NCBI GenBank assembly: GCA_030141605.1
Contig: JAQGDQ010000680.1
Coordinates: forward strand, 1 to 64,000
DNA: 64,000 bases
DNA from: Tubiluchus corallicola
Taxonomy: Eukaryota > Animalia > Priapulida
Direction of reading: 5' to 3'
Shown: positions 1 to 12,930 of the stretch, piece after piece
Layout: the number at the start of each line of letters is the position of its first letter
Position numbering within the stretch: the stretch's first letter is position 1
The notes under the pieces: generated by a model
What the model saw: only the letters and a program-made list of their open reading frames with translations
Database searches by the model: none
What the model was told of the DNA's origin: nothing
Program-made: the position numbers and the translations under genes

Positions 1-276
1 CAGCTGCAGAGTATGCAGATGCACTGCGTCGTTGGATGTGGGAGTGGCATACTTTGAGGTTTTACGCATTGTTTCCATTTGGGCTACCACCACCTCCGCC
101 ATCGTTACCCACACAAACGACAACTGCTGAAGTTTATGAACAAGTACGTGATGAGCATGGCAATGTTCTGCGTCAAAGACATCAAGTTTTTCCAAATGGT
201 ATTCCTGCTGCACTTCAGCAACGGCTACAGCAGCTTGGCATTGGAGAAAGACCACAGCACACACAGATTCAGACAG
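1..276 (+). pseudogene. FAM8A1-like first coding exon, copy 1 (5' end cut by window edge)
   Basis: Identical to 3180-3455 (offset 3179). Reads AAEYADALRRWMWEWH...QIQT and ends at donor CAG|GTCAGC (277). No downstream RDD-domain exon was found in the window. Confidence 0.55.
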
Positions 277-509
277 GTCAGCCTTATTTTTGCAAATTTC
301 TTAAACTTTGTGCTGGTCATCAATACCAGTTACACAATGTGCCTTCTTTTGAAAAGGCATTTGGCATTACACAGTATCTTTATTAAGGCAAAAAAGCAAA
401 TTTAAACATGTAACCACTCACATAATCTAGGCTTAATTTTCGTCTTTCGCCAAAGAATACTTATTATAGAAATTAACTGCATCAAAATAACGTGTCATGT
501 TTCCCTCTT

Positions 510-662
510 TTCCATTTGTGCCATTTTTCCCTGTGCCATTTTTTCCTGTGCTATTTTTACTGTGCCATTTTTTTCTTTGCCATTTTTTCCTTTTTCATTT
601 TTTCCGGTGCCATTTTTACCATGCCATTTTTGCTGTGCCACTTTTACCTGTGCCATTTTTAC
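510..662 (+). repeat. 10-bp-period tandem array (TGCCATTTTT-like), also at 3689-3839 and inverted at 5486-5640
   Basis: About 15 degenerate units are visible. They give rise to the spurious Phe/Cys/His-rich ORFs in the track. Confidence 0.9.
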
Positions 663-1551
663 CACACACCATCATAGCACATGTGTGCCATTCAAGACAT
701 TTCTTAATGTTAACTGGAAAAAGTAGTTAGAGCTGTAATGAAATCGCAAATACAGCACATCTAATTTTTTAGTCCACTTAATGTATTCAATATATTTTTA
801 TTAATGTAACAATGTAAATAAGAACAACCGAGAAATTTATTTCATGTCATTAAAACGAGTTAGGCTGAAGTTTAGGCTGAGTAATAACATAGTGTATGTG
901 TAATTTTTTAAGCATACAACACTATTTAAATGAAAAGAGCTACCTGCATCATTTCCTTTCAAGACGTATTCAAAATAGCAAGGGTTCGTCCCATAGCAAA
1001 ACACTTTGTATTTTTGCTTTATCTGGTTTTCTAAGATTATACGTCATTTCGTACAGATATTACTGGCGCATTATGCTGCTTTTACCCACAGTTTCTATTG
1101 TGTGCATGGCAACAAACAGAGCAGCAAAGCTACATAAGCACTTATAGTAATGATTACTTCTGTTAATAAAAAATTCTTACTATAGCATTTATCAAATTAT
1201 GGCACAAATGACAGATAAACCTTTAAGAGTCGAAGTCTTTGGGAGCGAAATAAAGGAAACGAAAAGTAAAAATGCTGGTGCCTGATGACATTGAACAGCA
1301 AAAAGATTCGGTAATGAAATATTTGCAACCAGTCCAGAGTTACGGTTGTGAAGGTGATGAAACTAGTGAAATTTCTGACTAGGAGGCTGAGGAAAAATCC
1401 AGCTAAGAATAGCTGAAATTGCAGAAATTTGTTTGCTCCTGAAGATCCAGGACATACAATGAATACTATGAGCATAAATTCAATTAACACAATCTGCAGT
1501 TATGGTAATTATCTACACTTAATTATGCTTTATATTATGTATAAGTGTATA

Positions 1552-2720
1552 ACACAGGAAATTTCACACAAAGATAAAATCAATATGAACAAGAAGTAGT
1601 TTGTGTATAATGCATAAATTATTATTTGTAATTACATAAACAAACACAATACCAAAATATTCTCAAGTTCATTGAACCATATAAAGTCACGCTTTAAGAA
1701 ACAATATTATGGAAAAAAGTTTGAACAAAATCAGAACAACATAAGGAAAACATGGAAACTCATTAATGGAATAATCAATAATAAGGTAAACAATACTGTT
1801 ACCAAACAAATTCAAACAAAGTGGTCGCACCATTATGGATCTACATGAAATGGCCAATGTATTTAATCAGTCCTTCCAAAATACTGGCAAAAATATGGCA
1901 TAAAAATTCCTAAACCAGTATTAAACCAGAATCACTATCTAAAACGTCCAAATATAAAGTCTATCTTTCTTGACCCAGTTACAGAGTATGAACTCACTGA
2001 CTCTGTTATAGAGTTAAACCCAAGTCTCCAGGTCATGACAATGTACAAGTATACTACTATCAAATACCTACAAATGTTATTTGTCCGTACTTCTCTGTAC
2101 TATTCAACGCATCACTAATCGAAAGGCATTTTTCCCGATTTTGATAATATCACTAAATTTATACCTATCTACAAATCTGATTCATCAGAGAACCTATCCA
2201 ATTACTGGCCTATATCTATTCTCTCAGCTATAGCAAAATTACTGGAAAGTATTATTTATATACAAATAAATAAGCTTTTAAATTCATGCCACATCTTAAC
2301 TGTATACCAGTTTGGATTCTAAAAACATTCTACTACACTTGCCACAACAGAAATAATTAATACATTACTAGCTAACATGGATAAAAAACTTTACACTTGT
2401 GGCATTTGCCTACACAAAAACTGGAATATTATGGGATCAAAGGAACTGTACTAAATCTACTAACTTCATACCTAACTAATAGACAACCTATGCAGTTAGC
2501 TATAATGTGAATTCTAATTAGAAACTATGTTATATAGTATACCCCAGGGATCAACTTTAGGCCCACTTTTATTTTTACTATATATCAGCGATCTCCCACT
2601 TATCTCAAAATTTAACGCTAGATTATTCGCTGATGATAACCTATTTCTAAGTGACAATAATATACACAGTTTACAAGAAAATACTAATAGTGAATTAAAG
2701 AACATAGACTGATGGATGCA
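1552..2720 (+). mobile_element. Decayed CR1/L2-type LINE ORF2 (reverse transcriptase) fragment, duplicate of 6607-7775
   Basis: IPQGSTLGPLLFLLYISDL and LFADD motifs at 2527-2712, plus NYWPISIL and YQFGF-like motifs upstream, interrupted by stops and frameshifts. Confidence 0.85.
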
Positions 2721-3136
2721 GGCACATCATTTTAATAGTCAGTTGTCAAATAAGAATTTGAAGTTAATTCAGGTAACATTGCTTAAAGTTTAAAAAAATA
2801 ATCAGTGCATAGTAGTGCACTCATCAATAACTAAGAAAAGTGTAAGCTATTTTATTGTTTTATCTTGTCACTCAGTTTAATAATATGTTTTCTGGTGAGC
2901 CATTGACGTTTTCTGGTTTACACTGCGATGGTTAATCTGTGACATTGTACTAGTCAGTGCGATAGTTTTAAAGTACTTAGAATTTTCATTTTCGGTTACA
3001 CAAGTCTTTCAAACAGGTTGTCGTACTGCTAAGTAACATAACTTTGTATAGAAAGTTTTCGGAACAATTTATAAAAATTCTCTTTTACCCTATAATAAAT
3101 TTAACTGGTTGTTTGTTATATTTTAGGGTGACAAAA

Positions 3137-3455
3137 ATGGAGTATTTTACAGTCAACCAAGAAACCAGAGATTACTCATCAGCTGCAGAGTATGCAGATG
3201 CACTGCGTCGTTGGATGTGGGAGTGGCATACTTTGAGGTTTTACGCATTGTTTCCATTTGGGCTACCACCACCTCCGCCATCGTTACCCACACAAACGAC
3301 AACTGCTGAAGTTTATGAACAAGTACGTGATGAGCATGGCAATGTTCTGCGTCAAAGACATCAAGTTTTTCCAAATGGTATTCCTGCTGCACTTCAGCAA
3401 CGGCTACAGCAGCTTGGCATTGGAGAAAGACCACAGCACACACAGATTCAGACAG
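3137..3455 (+). pseudogene. FAM8A1-like first coding exon, copy 2
   Basis: Acceptor ttttag|G at 3126/3127, ATG at 3137 (MEYFTVNQETRDYSSAAEYADALRRWMWEWH...), phase-1 donor at 3456. The flanking duplicated block is truncated at about 3839. Confidence 0.55.
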
Positions 3456-5871
3456 GTCAGCCTTATTTTTGCAAATTTCTTAAACTTTGTGCTGGTCATC
3501 AATACCAGTTACACAATGTGCCTTCTTTTGAAAAGGCATTTGGCATTACACAGTATCTTTATTAAGGCAAAAAAGCAAATTTAAACATGTAACCACTCAC
3601 ATAATCTAGGCTTAATTTTCGTCTTTCGCCAAAGAATACTTATTATAGAAATTAACTGCATCAAAATAACGTGTCATGTTTCCCTCTTTTCCATTTGTGC
3701 CATTTTTCCCTGTGCCATTTTTTCCTGTGCTATTTTTACTGTGCCATTTTTTTCTTTGCCATTTTTTCCTTTTTCATTTTTTCCGGTGCCATTTTTACCA
3801 TGCCATTTTTGCTGTGCCACTTTTACCTGTGCCATTTTACTAAGGTAGTTTGCTTCAAAACAGCTTGTTTATTTGTGTAATTGGTTGGTTGTTTTTTGTC
3901 TATTATGGCAGTAAGTCTATTATACAAAAACTATATACTAACAAATTTCCAAGAAACATTGTGAAAAAAGGGTGGTTTAGGGGGTGCCAAAATGGGAATC
4001 TTTTCGCTGATTCTTTTTTTTGCAAAACTTGACCGAACACTACATACAAATCTGTGAAGACTTGGTAGGTATATATAAATATTTAATCTAATATAATTGC
4101 CAAAATGAATGGCTAAAAAAGTAGATAAACACTATGTGGAACATTCGTGCATTACTGATTATAAATCTATTTAATGGACAAATATTTTGTGAGTTTTTTG
4201 CTAGTCTTTGCTAGTAGTATATACTCTATATAAAAGCAAAGCAGGCACACTTTTGCATGTTTGCTTATTTATCTTTGCCTTAAAGTTTTTATTAATTTTT
4301 AAAATCAGACAAATAAGTTTAGGGTTGTTCACCTTTGACAGAGATCTGCTTCCTACTGAGCAACGATGATGCTTATCATTGTTTTCACTGATATTTTTGT
4401 CACTAGGTTTGAATTATGAATCGTAATTATGATACAAGGTAGTCCTTTTAGCATGGCTAGGGCTTCACGCCCTAGGCACAAGATTTTTAGCAGCCTCTCC
4501 TCAACTGTCAACCCCTTCCCTTGCGGCGCCCAACACACTCTCAAAAATTAATTTTTCTTGTGTAGTATTATAATAAAATATAATGGTACCTGTGTGATAG
4601 ACTTATACATGTAATATAAAGCAGTAATTAAGTGTAGTTAATTACCTGTGTCTGCAGCTTGTGTTAATTGAATTTATGCTCATAGTATTCATTGTATGTC
4701 CTGGATCTTCAGGAGCAAACAAATTTCTGCAATTTCAGCTATTCTTAGCTGGATTTTTCCTCAGCCTCCTAGTCAGAAATTTCACTAGTTTCATCACCTT
4801 CACAACCGTAACTCTGGACTGGTTGCAAATATTTCATTACCGAATCTTTTTGCTGTTCAATGTCATCAGGCACCAGCATTTTTACTTTTCGTTTCCTTTA
4901 TTTCGCTCCCAAAGACTTCGACTCTTAAAGGTTTATCTGTCATTTGTGCCATAATTTGATAAATGCTATAGTAAGAATTTTTTATTAACAGAAGTAATCA
5001 TTACTGTAACTGCTTATGTAGCTTTGCTGCTCTGTTTGTTGCCATGCACACAATAGAAACTGTGGGTAAAAGCAGCATAATGCGCCAGTAATATCTGTAC
5101 GAAATGACGTATAATCTTAGAAAACCAGATAAAGCAAAAATACAAAGTGTTTTGCTATGGGACGAACCCTTGCTATTTTGAATACGTCTTGAAAGGAAAT
5201 GATGCAGGTAGCTCTTTTCATTTAAATAGTGTTGTATGCTTAAAAAATTACACATACACTATGTTATTACTCAGCCTAAACTTCAGCCTAACTCGTTTTA
5301 GTGACATGAAATAAATTTCTCAGCTGTTCTTATTTACATTGTTACATTAATAAAAATATTGAATACATTAAGTGGACTAAAAAATTAAATGTGCTGTATT
5401 TGCGATTTCATTACAACTCTAACTACTTTTTCCAGTTAACATTAAGAAATGTCTTGAATGGCACACATGTGCTATGATGGTGTGTGGTAAAAATGGCACA
5501 GGTAAAAGTGGCACAGCAAAAATGGTATGGTAAAAATGGCACCGGAAAAAATGAAAAAGGAAAAAATGGCAAAGAAAAAAATGGCACAGTAAAAATAGCA
5601 CAGGAAAAATGGCACAGGGAAAAATGGCACAAATGGAAAAGAGGGAAACATGACACGTTATTTTGATGCAGTTAATTTCTATAATAAGTATTCTTTGGCG
5701 AAAGACGAAAATTAAGCCTAGATTATGTGAGTGGTTACATGTTTAAATTTGCTTTTTTGCCTTAATAAAGATACTGTGTAATGCCAAATGCCTTTTCAAA
5801 AGAAGGCACATTGTGTAACTGGTATTGATGACCAGCACAAAGTTTAAGAAATTTGCAAAAATAAGGCTGAC

Positions 5872-6190
5872 CTGTCTGAATCTGTGTGTGCTGTGGTCTT
5901 TCTCCAATGCCAAGCTGCTGTAGCCGTTGCTGAAGTGCAGCAGGAATACCATTTGGAAAAACTTGATGTCTTTGACGCAGAACATTGCCATGCTCATCAC
6001 GTACTTGTTCATAAACTTCAGCAGTTGTCGTTTGTGTGGGTAACGATGGCGGAGGTGGTGGTAGCCCAAATGGAAACAATGCGTAAAACCTCAAAGTATG
6101 CCACTCCCACATCCAACGACGCAGTGCATCTGCATACTCTGCAGCTGATGAGTAATCTCTGGTTTCTTGGTTGACTGTAAAATACTCCAT
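5872..6190 (-). CDS. FAM8A1: FAM8A1-like protein, first coding exon (probably the native copy; RDD-domain exons would lie left of the window)
   Basis: The EY..AL..W.W motif followed by a Pro-rich tract resembles the FAM8A1 N-terminus (human EYSRQVHEWLWQ). Acceptor at 6201/6200 and phase-1 GT donor at 5871. This copy keeps continuous upstream flank, as the LINE continues to about 8370. Confidence 0.6.
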
Positions 6191-6606
6191 TTTTGTCACC
6201 CTAAAATATAACAAACAACCAGTTAAATTTATTATAGGGTAAAAGAGAATTTTTATAAATTGTTCCGAAAACTTTCTATACAAAGTTATGTTACTTAGCA
6301 GTACGACAACCTGTTTGAAAGACTTGTGTAACCGAAAATGAAAATTCTAAGTACTTTAAAACTATCGCACTGACTAGTACAATGTCACAGATTAACCATC
6401 GCAGTGTAAACCAGAAAACGTCAATGGCTCACCAGAAAACATATTATTAAACTGAGTGACAAGATAAAACAATAAAATAGCTTACACTTTTCTTAGTTAT
6501 TGATGAGTGCACTACTATGCACTGATTATTTTTTTAAACTTTAAGCAATGTTACCTGAATTAACTTCAAATTCTTATTTGACAACAGACCATTAAAATGG
6601 TGTGCC

Positions 6607-8370
6607 TGCATCCATCAGTCTATGTTCTTTAATTCACTATTAGTATTTTCTTGTAAACTGTGTATATTATTGTCACTTAGAAATAGGTTATCATCAGCGA
6701 ATAATCTAGCGTTAAATTTTGAGATAAGTGGGAGATCGCTGATATATAGTAAAAATAAAAGTGGGCCTAAAGTTGATCCCTGGGGTATACTATATAACAT
6801 AGTTTCTAATTAGAATTCACATTATAGCTAACTGCATAGGTTGTCTATTAGTTAGGTATGAAGTTAGTAGATTTAGTACAGTTCCTTTGATCCCATAATA
6901 TTCCAGTTTTTGTGTAGGCAAATGCCACAAGTGTAAAGTTTTTTATCCATGTTAGCTAGTAATGTATTAATTATTTCTGTTGTGGCAAGTGTAGTAGAAT
7001 TTTTTTAGAATCCAAACTGGTATACAGTTAAGAAGTGGCATGAATTTAAAAGCTTATTTATTTGTATATAAATAATACTTTCCAGTAATTTTGCTATAGC
7101 TGAGAGAATAGATATAGGCCAGTAATTGGATAGGTTCTCTGATGAATCAGATTTATAGATAGGTATAAATTTAGTGATATTATCAAAATCGGGAAAAATG
7201 CCTTTCGATTAGTGATGCGTTGAATAGTACAGAGAAGTACGGACAAATAACATTTGTAGGTATTTGATAGTAGTATACTTGTACATTGTCATGACCTGGA
7301 GACTTGGGTTTAACTCTATAACAGAGTCAGTGAGTTCATACTCTGTAACTGGGTCAAGAAAGATAGACTTTATATTTGGACGTTTTAGATAGTGATTCTG
7401 GTTTAATACTGGTTTAGGAATTTTTATGCCATATTTTTGCCAGTATTTTGGAAGGACTGATTAAATACATTGGCCATTTCATGTAGATCCATAATGGTGC
7501 GACCACTTTGTTTGAATTTGTTTGGTAACAGTATTGTTTACCTTATTATTGATTATTCCATTAATGAGTTTCCATGTTTTCCTTATGTTGTTCTGATTTT
7601 GTTCAAACTTTTTTCCATAATATTGTTTCTTAAAGCGTGACTTTATATGGTTCAATGAACTTGAGAATATTTTGTATTGTGTTTGTTTATGTAATTACAA
7701 ATAATAATTTATGCATTATACACAAACTACTTCTTGTTCATATTGATTTTATCTTTGTGTGAAATTTCCTGTGTTATCCACAGTTTGCAAAACGATGTTT
7801 TCTCTTCTGTTAATTTTCGGACTCATGCATACATGTTTATTTAATATTTCTAAGAATGTGTGGTGGAACTGGGTAAATAGTGCATTAACATTCATTGAAT
7901 TTAGACCAATGTTATGTTGTAGAGCTTGTTCTAAGTCATTCTTAAACTCCTGTTTACTGAAATTTATTGCGCATCACGTTAGGTTATTGTTGAATTCTTT
8001 TTATACAATTAGAGTGATTTGTTTATTGCAAAGACATTTAGGTGATCAGCTATTTGATAATTAATAACTGCAGATTGTATCATACTGTTATGATCGTTAG
8101 ATTCATGTTGTATTAAATTTATATTTGTATCCCCAGTTATATATATATATAGATATGTGTTTTTTCCAGGGCTATAGATTTTATGTAAAAATTTTTCCAT
8201 CTCCTTGCTAAAATGTGTGATTGATTGGTTGGGATGCCTACATATGACTGAAAATATAAAGATATTGTTATATTTGTTGTTTTTTGAAGATAGCTCAATC
8301 CAAATGTCCTCCTACTTGGACTCAGCTATTTCTATAGGGCAGCTTATTGGTTTGTTTTTCACACTATTTA
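6607..8370 (-). mobile_element. Decayed CR1/L2-type LINE ORF2 (endonuclease plus RT)
   Basis: RT motifs at 6615-6800. Apurinic-endonuclease-like remnants (ITGDTNINL, ADHL) at 8009-8200. Confidence 0.85.
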
Positions 8371-9859
8371 TTTTATAAGTAACTTAACATAAATTTGTGA
8401 TTGTTTTGTAATCGTTGCCTCAAACAAGTGGCAAGTTGCGTCAAAGCGGCAACCAGTTATAGTAAGCATTGATTTTCAGCAGGTAACAAAAACACTAATC
8501 TTGATAATAGCCTAGTCTGGTGATCTATTAATTATTAAGAAACCAAAATGTGACAAAATTACTCAATTTCGTCTTGACGAGGTATGTACACTTCGTACAA
8601 GCATATAAAACACCTGTGAATGATGCAAAACTATGCCAAGTTTTGCTCACAATTCAGTCAGCTGGAAGTGTTTTGCAGTGTTTTCAATACCTAAAATATG
8701 GTTTTGTCGCATGGAAAAGCTTTTGTGTCACCTGTATAGTTATTGTGAGTCCTGGTTTAAAATACGCTCAACTGGTGTGCGTGTTTAAGACTATTTGAGC
8801 TGAACGTTGCATGATGCTGCCATCTGGCAACGAAAATAATATGAAAACAATTTACACTTCCTTTAATGTTACCTTCCAAGTACAGTCAACTAAACAAAGT
8901 TATTGCAAATTAGACTAACCTGTCTAACTATTGCTACGGATAGTACCAACAGTTGAAAACACGTTGAAATGAAAGAATTATTAATACTAATAGTAATACT
9001 CTCATGTGAAGGAGTATGTGATGATGATCGAATAAATAAGGTTTTATTTCAAAAATATTGATATGGACGAAAAAAATTACCCAGTTATATAATGAAAAAG
9101 GGTCGCAAAGTACGTGTTTTTCTGGCCAAGTAGCGGTTTTTTCATAACTGCTCACCTTGAATCTTGATGCAAAAAGTTTGAGGCCCAGAACTGAAATAAA
9201 TGCTACGTATGCTGTACACGAAATTTCAACAAAAATTAAAGCTTTCAAGAATAAATTCAGGAAACACTAGATATGCTAACAGCTGCTACAGTCTTTCGTG
9301 CAACGTAACCAACGAAACGACGAACTCGACATCATAAAAAAGTTTCCATCACCACAGTCTACTTTTTTGAGCCATGTCCTATTTATATTTATACTCTTGA
9401 GATCATCGGCGAGGTATTTGTTATTCAGCAACTGCAACGACTGCTTTATTTACAGCCTGCATTCAATGCCATGTCCAAATTACGTCAACATTCAATTAAG
9501 ATGCTTCATTTTATTTTGCAAAATATAGCAATGAGTATGTAATAGTATAATAATTATATTTAAGAAAACGTAAAAGGAAGTTTACAAAGTAATGTTAAAA
9601 ACAACAATATTTACAGCAAAAACGCATAAAAGAAAGTGAAAATGTAATGTTATAAGTAATTATAATGTTCATAATAAGAAAAAAGGAAGAGCTATAAAAC
9701 AATAAATGACTGTAGGGATGAAAGAGAAAGAAAAGATGATGAAAATATGAAAAGAAATCAGTATGCTATTTCATATTAATTGTTTCAGTTTCCTTTGAAC
9801 ATAATGAAAAAATGTTATAATTCGCTTGTTTTGGGATGAAAAAAACCACTGTTATTACC

Positions 9860-11950
9860 TTATATTGGATGGCACAAAATGTGCCGAAGTTAATTTAGAC
9901 TACAGTAACATTAGAAACAAGTGCCCGACAAACTTTTACTTTGGCTGTGAAAGTTAAAAGATTGTAATTTAATATAATTTTTAAGTTAATTATGACTGAA
10001 GAACTTTTGCATGTTAAATAAATTTTGGAACAATTAATGTCAGCCAAATTCATTATTAAAAAACCGCCAATGTGACGTATAAGGCACTCAAGCCAAGCAG
10101 CACAGCTACATATATAGATTCTACATAGAATCAATGCAACGTTAATGATAGAAGCTACCATAGAAAGGCCACACAGAATCTACGTATCAAATACAGTAGA
10201 AGTTGGTTTATTCCTGGACCAAAAATATTGTACTTTGTTTTTTGTGTACTTAAAGACAACTTGATCATTTCAAAACAATTTGCAAATTTTTCTACTATAT
10301 TATTTGTGTTTGCTGCATGATTGTTTTCTTTAAGTTAAAAGATATGCTCAATGTCATCAGTTAATTAAAAAGATTGGAATTTTCTGTACACTTCTTATTC
10401 TGATGTCATTTATTTAGATGAGAAATAAAGGTGGACCTAGGATAGATCCTTGAGGCACACAATAAGTTGTTGTTACTTTACTTGAAAGAGTATGATTTAA
10501 GACTCGTGCATATTCATTGTAAATAATTCTCTAGCTATATGTCCTGTCCCGCCGACTGCCATATATATAGTGATGTTGTTTATCTAGTAACGTTATTATA
10601 ATTTTATAATCATTATTCACAGTATCAATTGCTTTTGGTAAGTTACAAGAAATCTGCATGCCCCATTATTTCCTATATTGCTAATAACATTCCTTATACA
10701 GGGCCGTAGTCGGCTTTTGAAAAGTGGTCCGGCCACAGATACGGAACAGGTAGAAGAATACAGCAACAACATATAGAAGAGTATATTATAATTTATAATA
10801 CAGAGTTATAATATAATAGAGCACTACACATACTCAATGATGACATGATTGATTAGAACTTCCAAACACACATCTGCGCCGCTCATTTCTAGCAGTAAAC
10901 TCGTTCGCAATTTCTTTCAGGTCGAGAGCGTCTGTTCTATCCATATGTACATGCAAAGTCATGAGATTGTTCAGTCTAGTTTGAGTCATCGTACTCCGCA
11001 AATAAGTTTTTACTCTACGCAGGGCTGAGAATGTCTAGGCACGTATGGCAGAAAAAGTGGTCCGGCCATGGCCGGACCGCCGACTACGGCCTTGTTATAA
11101 TTTTTACAAGGGTTATTTCTTTGGAACTCCCCGTTCTGAAAAACATAATATTGTTTATTGTTTAGAATCTGTTTTTGTAGCAAATAAGCTGTTAACCAGA
11201 GAATGTAATATCCCTTCCATATAGCGGATATTACATTCTCTGGCTGTTTCACATATACATAATTGCTTGCATGAATTTCTTTCTGAAACGTTGGATATAA
11301 ATGGATGTATTGATACTGATTTGTAATTGTTTAATACAGTAACATCGGATCGTTTGATTTTAACAAAGGCACAATTATTATTGATCCTTTCAATTTTAAA
11401 GGTATTTCACAAGTTAAAAAGGATAAATTAATGACGTACGCTAATGGCCAGCAATAATTTTACATTCCATAGTAACAACAACTACTAGGTAGCATGGATT
11501 CTGCGACTTTACAAGGACTAAACGTCTTGCAAGTTTTTATTATTCGTTGCTCACATGCAGTATTTTAGGAGAAAGATTTGCGTGTAATTATCTTAATTAA
11601 TATTTTAAAGTGTGCGTACGGGTTTCCTTCAAGATTTTCAGTTTGTTCTGCTAATTTAGGACATACTTTGAAAGATAATCATGTCTATGCATCTTCCAAG
11701 TTATTTTTAATTAGGATTGCTTATGTAATCCATGCAAGGTTTCTTTGATTTTTTTTGCATCTGTATTGTGCTTTTACTTAATGTTTATTGTAAATTTCTA
11801 TGAGTTGATCGTTATTGAACTATAAGTTCTTCAGTATCAGTCTTAGTATGTGTCACATACTTGACCAGTAAGTGTAAGTTAATGAGTTTTGCATGCTCAT
11901 GGTGTCTCTGTGTGTTTGCAAGTGTCGATTTTCAAGTTTACCCCTAAGAA
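9860..11950 (-). mobile_element. Second decayed CR1/L2-type LINE, interrupted by a hAT insertion; boundaries approximate
   Basis: Reverse complement of 10420-10460 reads VPQGSILGPPLFL. An NYKSVSI-like motif lies near 11300-11330. Many stops. Confidence 0.7.
10699..11094 (-). mobile_element. Internally deleted hAT DNA transposon retaining the transposase C-terminal dimerisation region
   Basis: TIRs CAGGGCCGTAGTCGGC / GCCGACTACGGCCTTG (15/16 match), with TTATA on both flanks. Positions 11016-10853 translate to RVKTYLRSTMTQTRLNNLMTLHVH...IANEF. Confidence 0.9.
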
Positions 11951-12709
11951 AATAGGGTATATCCGTTAAAAAGCGATTTGTAACTATAATCAATTAATGG
12001 AGCTGAATACGGTGTTATTCTTGTAGGTCTCATACCTACTGGAAACAAAGTTGGCATGGTTTCTAAAAAGCAACAAGTTTCACTGTGTGTAACGTGACTC
12101 AACAAATTAATATTGAAATCACCAAGTACAGTAAAAAGACATACTTACATTAGCAAGGTTTAACCTAGTTAATGTTTCTTGTAGTTTTGAGTTAAATTCA
12201 GTTGGACACTTCCAGGAGATCTATAATTATATATATGGCACATGGAATTAATGTTTTACTTTTATTAGTTTGTAATTCCCCAGAGAATTTTAATGACTCC
12301 TTAATAAAACATTTCTTGTTCAATGACCACTGAACAGGCCTACACTACCTCCTTTTTAATTTTGCGATAGTTACAAATAAAATTATTTATTCCGGTTATT
12401 CCAGATGAATCCTGCATATATCCAGGTCTCAGATAAAGCTAATACATAAAAAAGTCAAGCTTCACCGGAAGTTGAACTTATTTTAATATGAACTTCAATA
12501 GATAACCGACTTTGCAGATCACCACCTCATTTATCTTTGGGAAATCTTAAGAAATAAAAATTTCAAACAGAACGAAATTATAAAACATATCCATATTATT
12601 ATGAACATAACGTTGAGAATGGCACGTACCAGACAGGTGCCAAAACGTTTTGTAGGTTTGTTTTAATAAAGAGTTGTGCGGCTTGTACACACATTCGTTC
12701 TGTTTTTGA

Positions 12710-12930
12710 AACTTTTATTATCACAAAAATAGAATTACTATTAATGGTTTGAATAATCTCCCACCGAAGCTAATTGAGGCTCCATCGGCAAATGCCTTCA
12801 AGTCTGGTCTGGCTATGTTTTGACATTGGCTTGATGGCTTGCATCAGTATCCTTTAACTTAATGATATGATTGAGCTCCGCCTTGCTCACCAACCAGATG
12901 AGTTCAATTGTAATTCTGATTTTCTTTAGG
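12710..12930 (+). mobile_element. CR1-type LINE 3' fragment
   Basis: Translates to RITINGLNNLPPKLIEAPSANAFKSGL, resembling the WN.LP..V.A.S...FK C-terminal motif of CR1 ORF2. Confidence 0.6.

Noticed and set aside
492-730. Phe/Cys/His-rich ORFs (also 3671-3880 and 5419-5666)
   Set aside because: These are translations of the 10-bp tandem array, not genes.
1206-1460. Coding-like segment (MTDKPLRVEVFGSEIKE...) as the next FAM8A1 exon
   Set aside because: It has multiple stops and no RDD-domain similarity; it is probably a decayed element.
3044-3565. 173-aa ORF as a complete single-exon gene
   Set aside because: It starts at TTG upstream of a splice acceptor and reads through a GT donor at 3456. 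Only 3137-3455 is exon-like.
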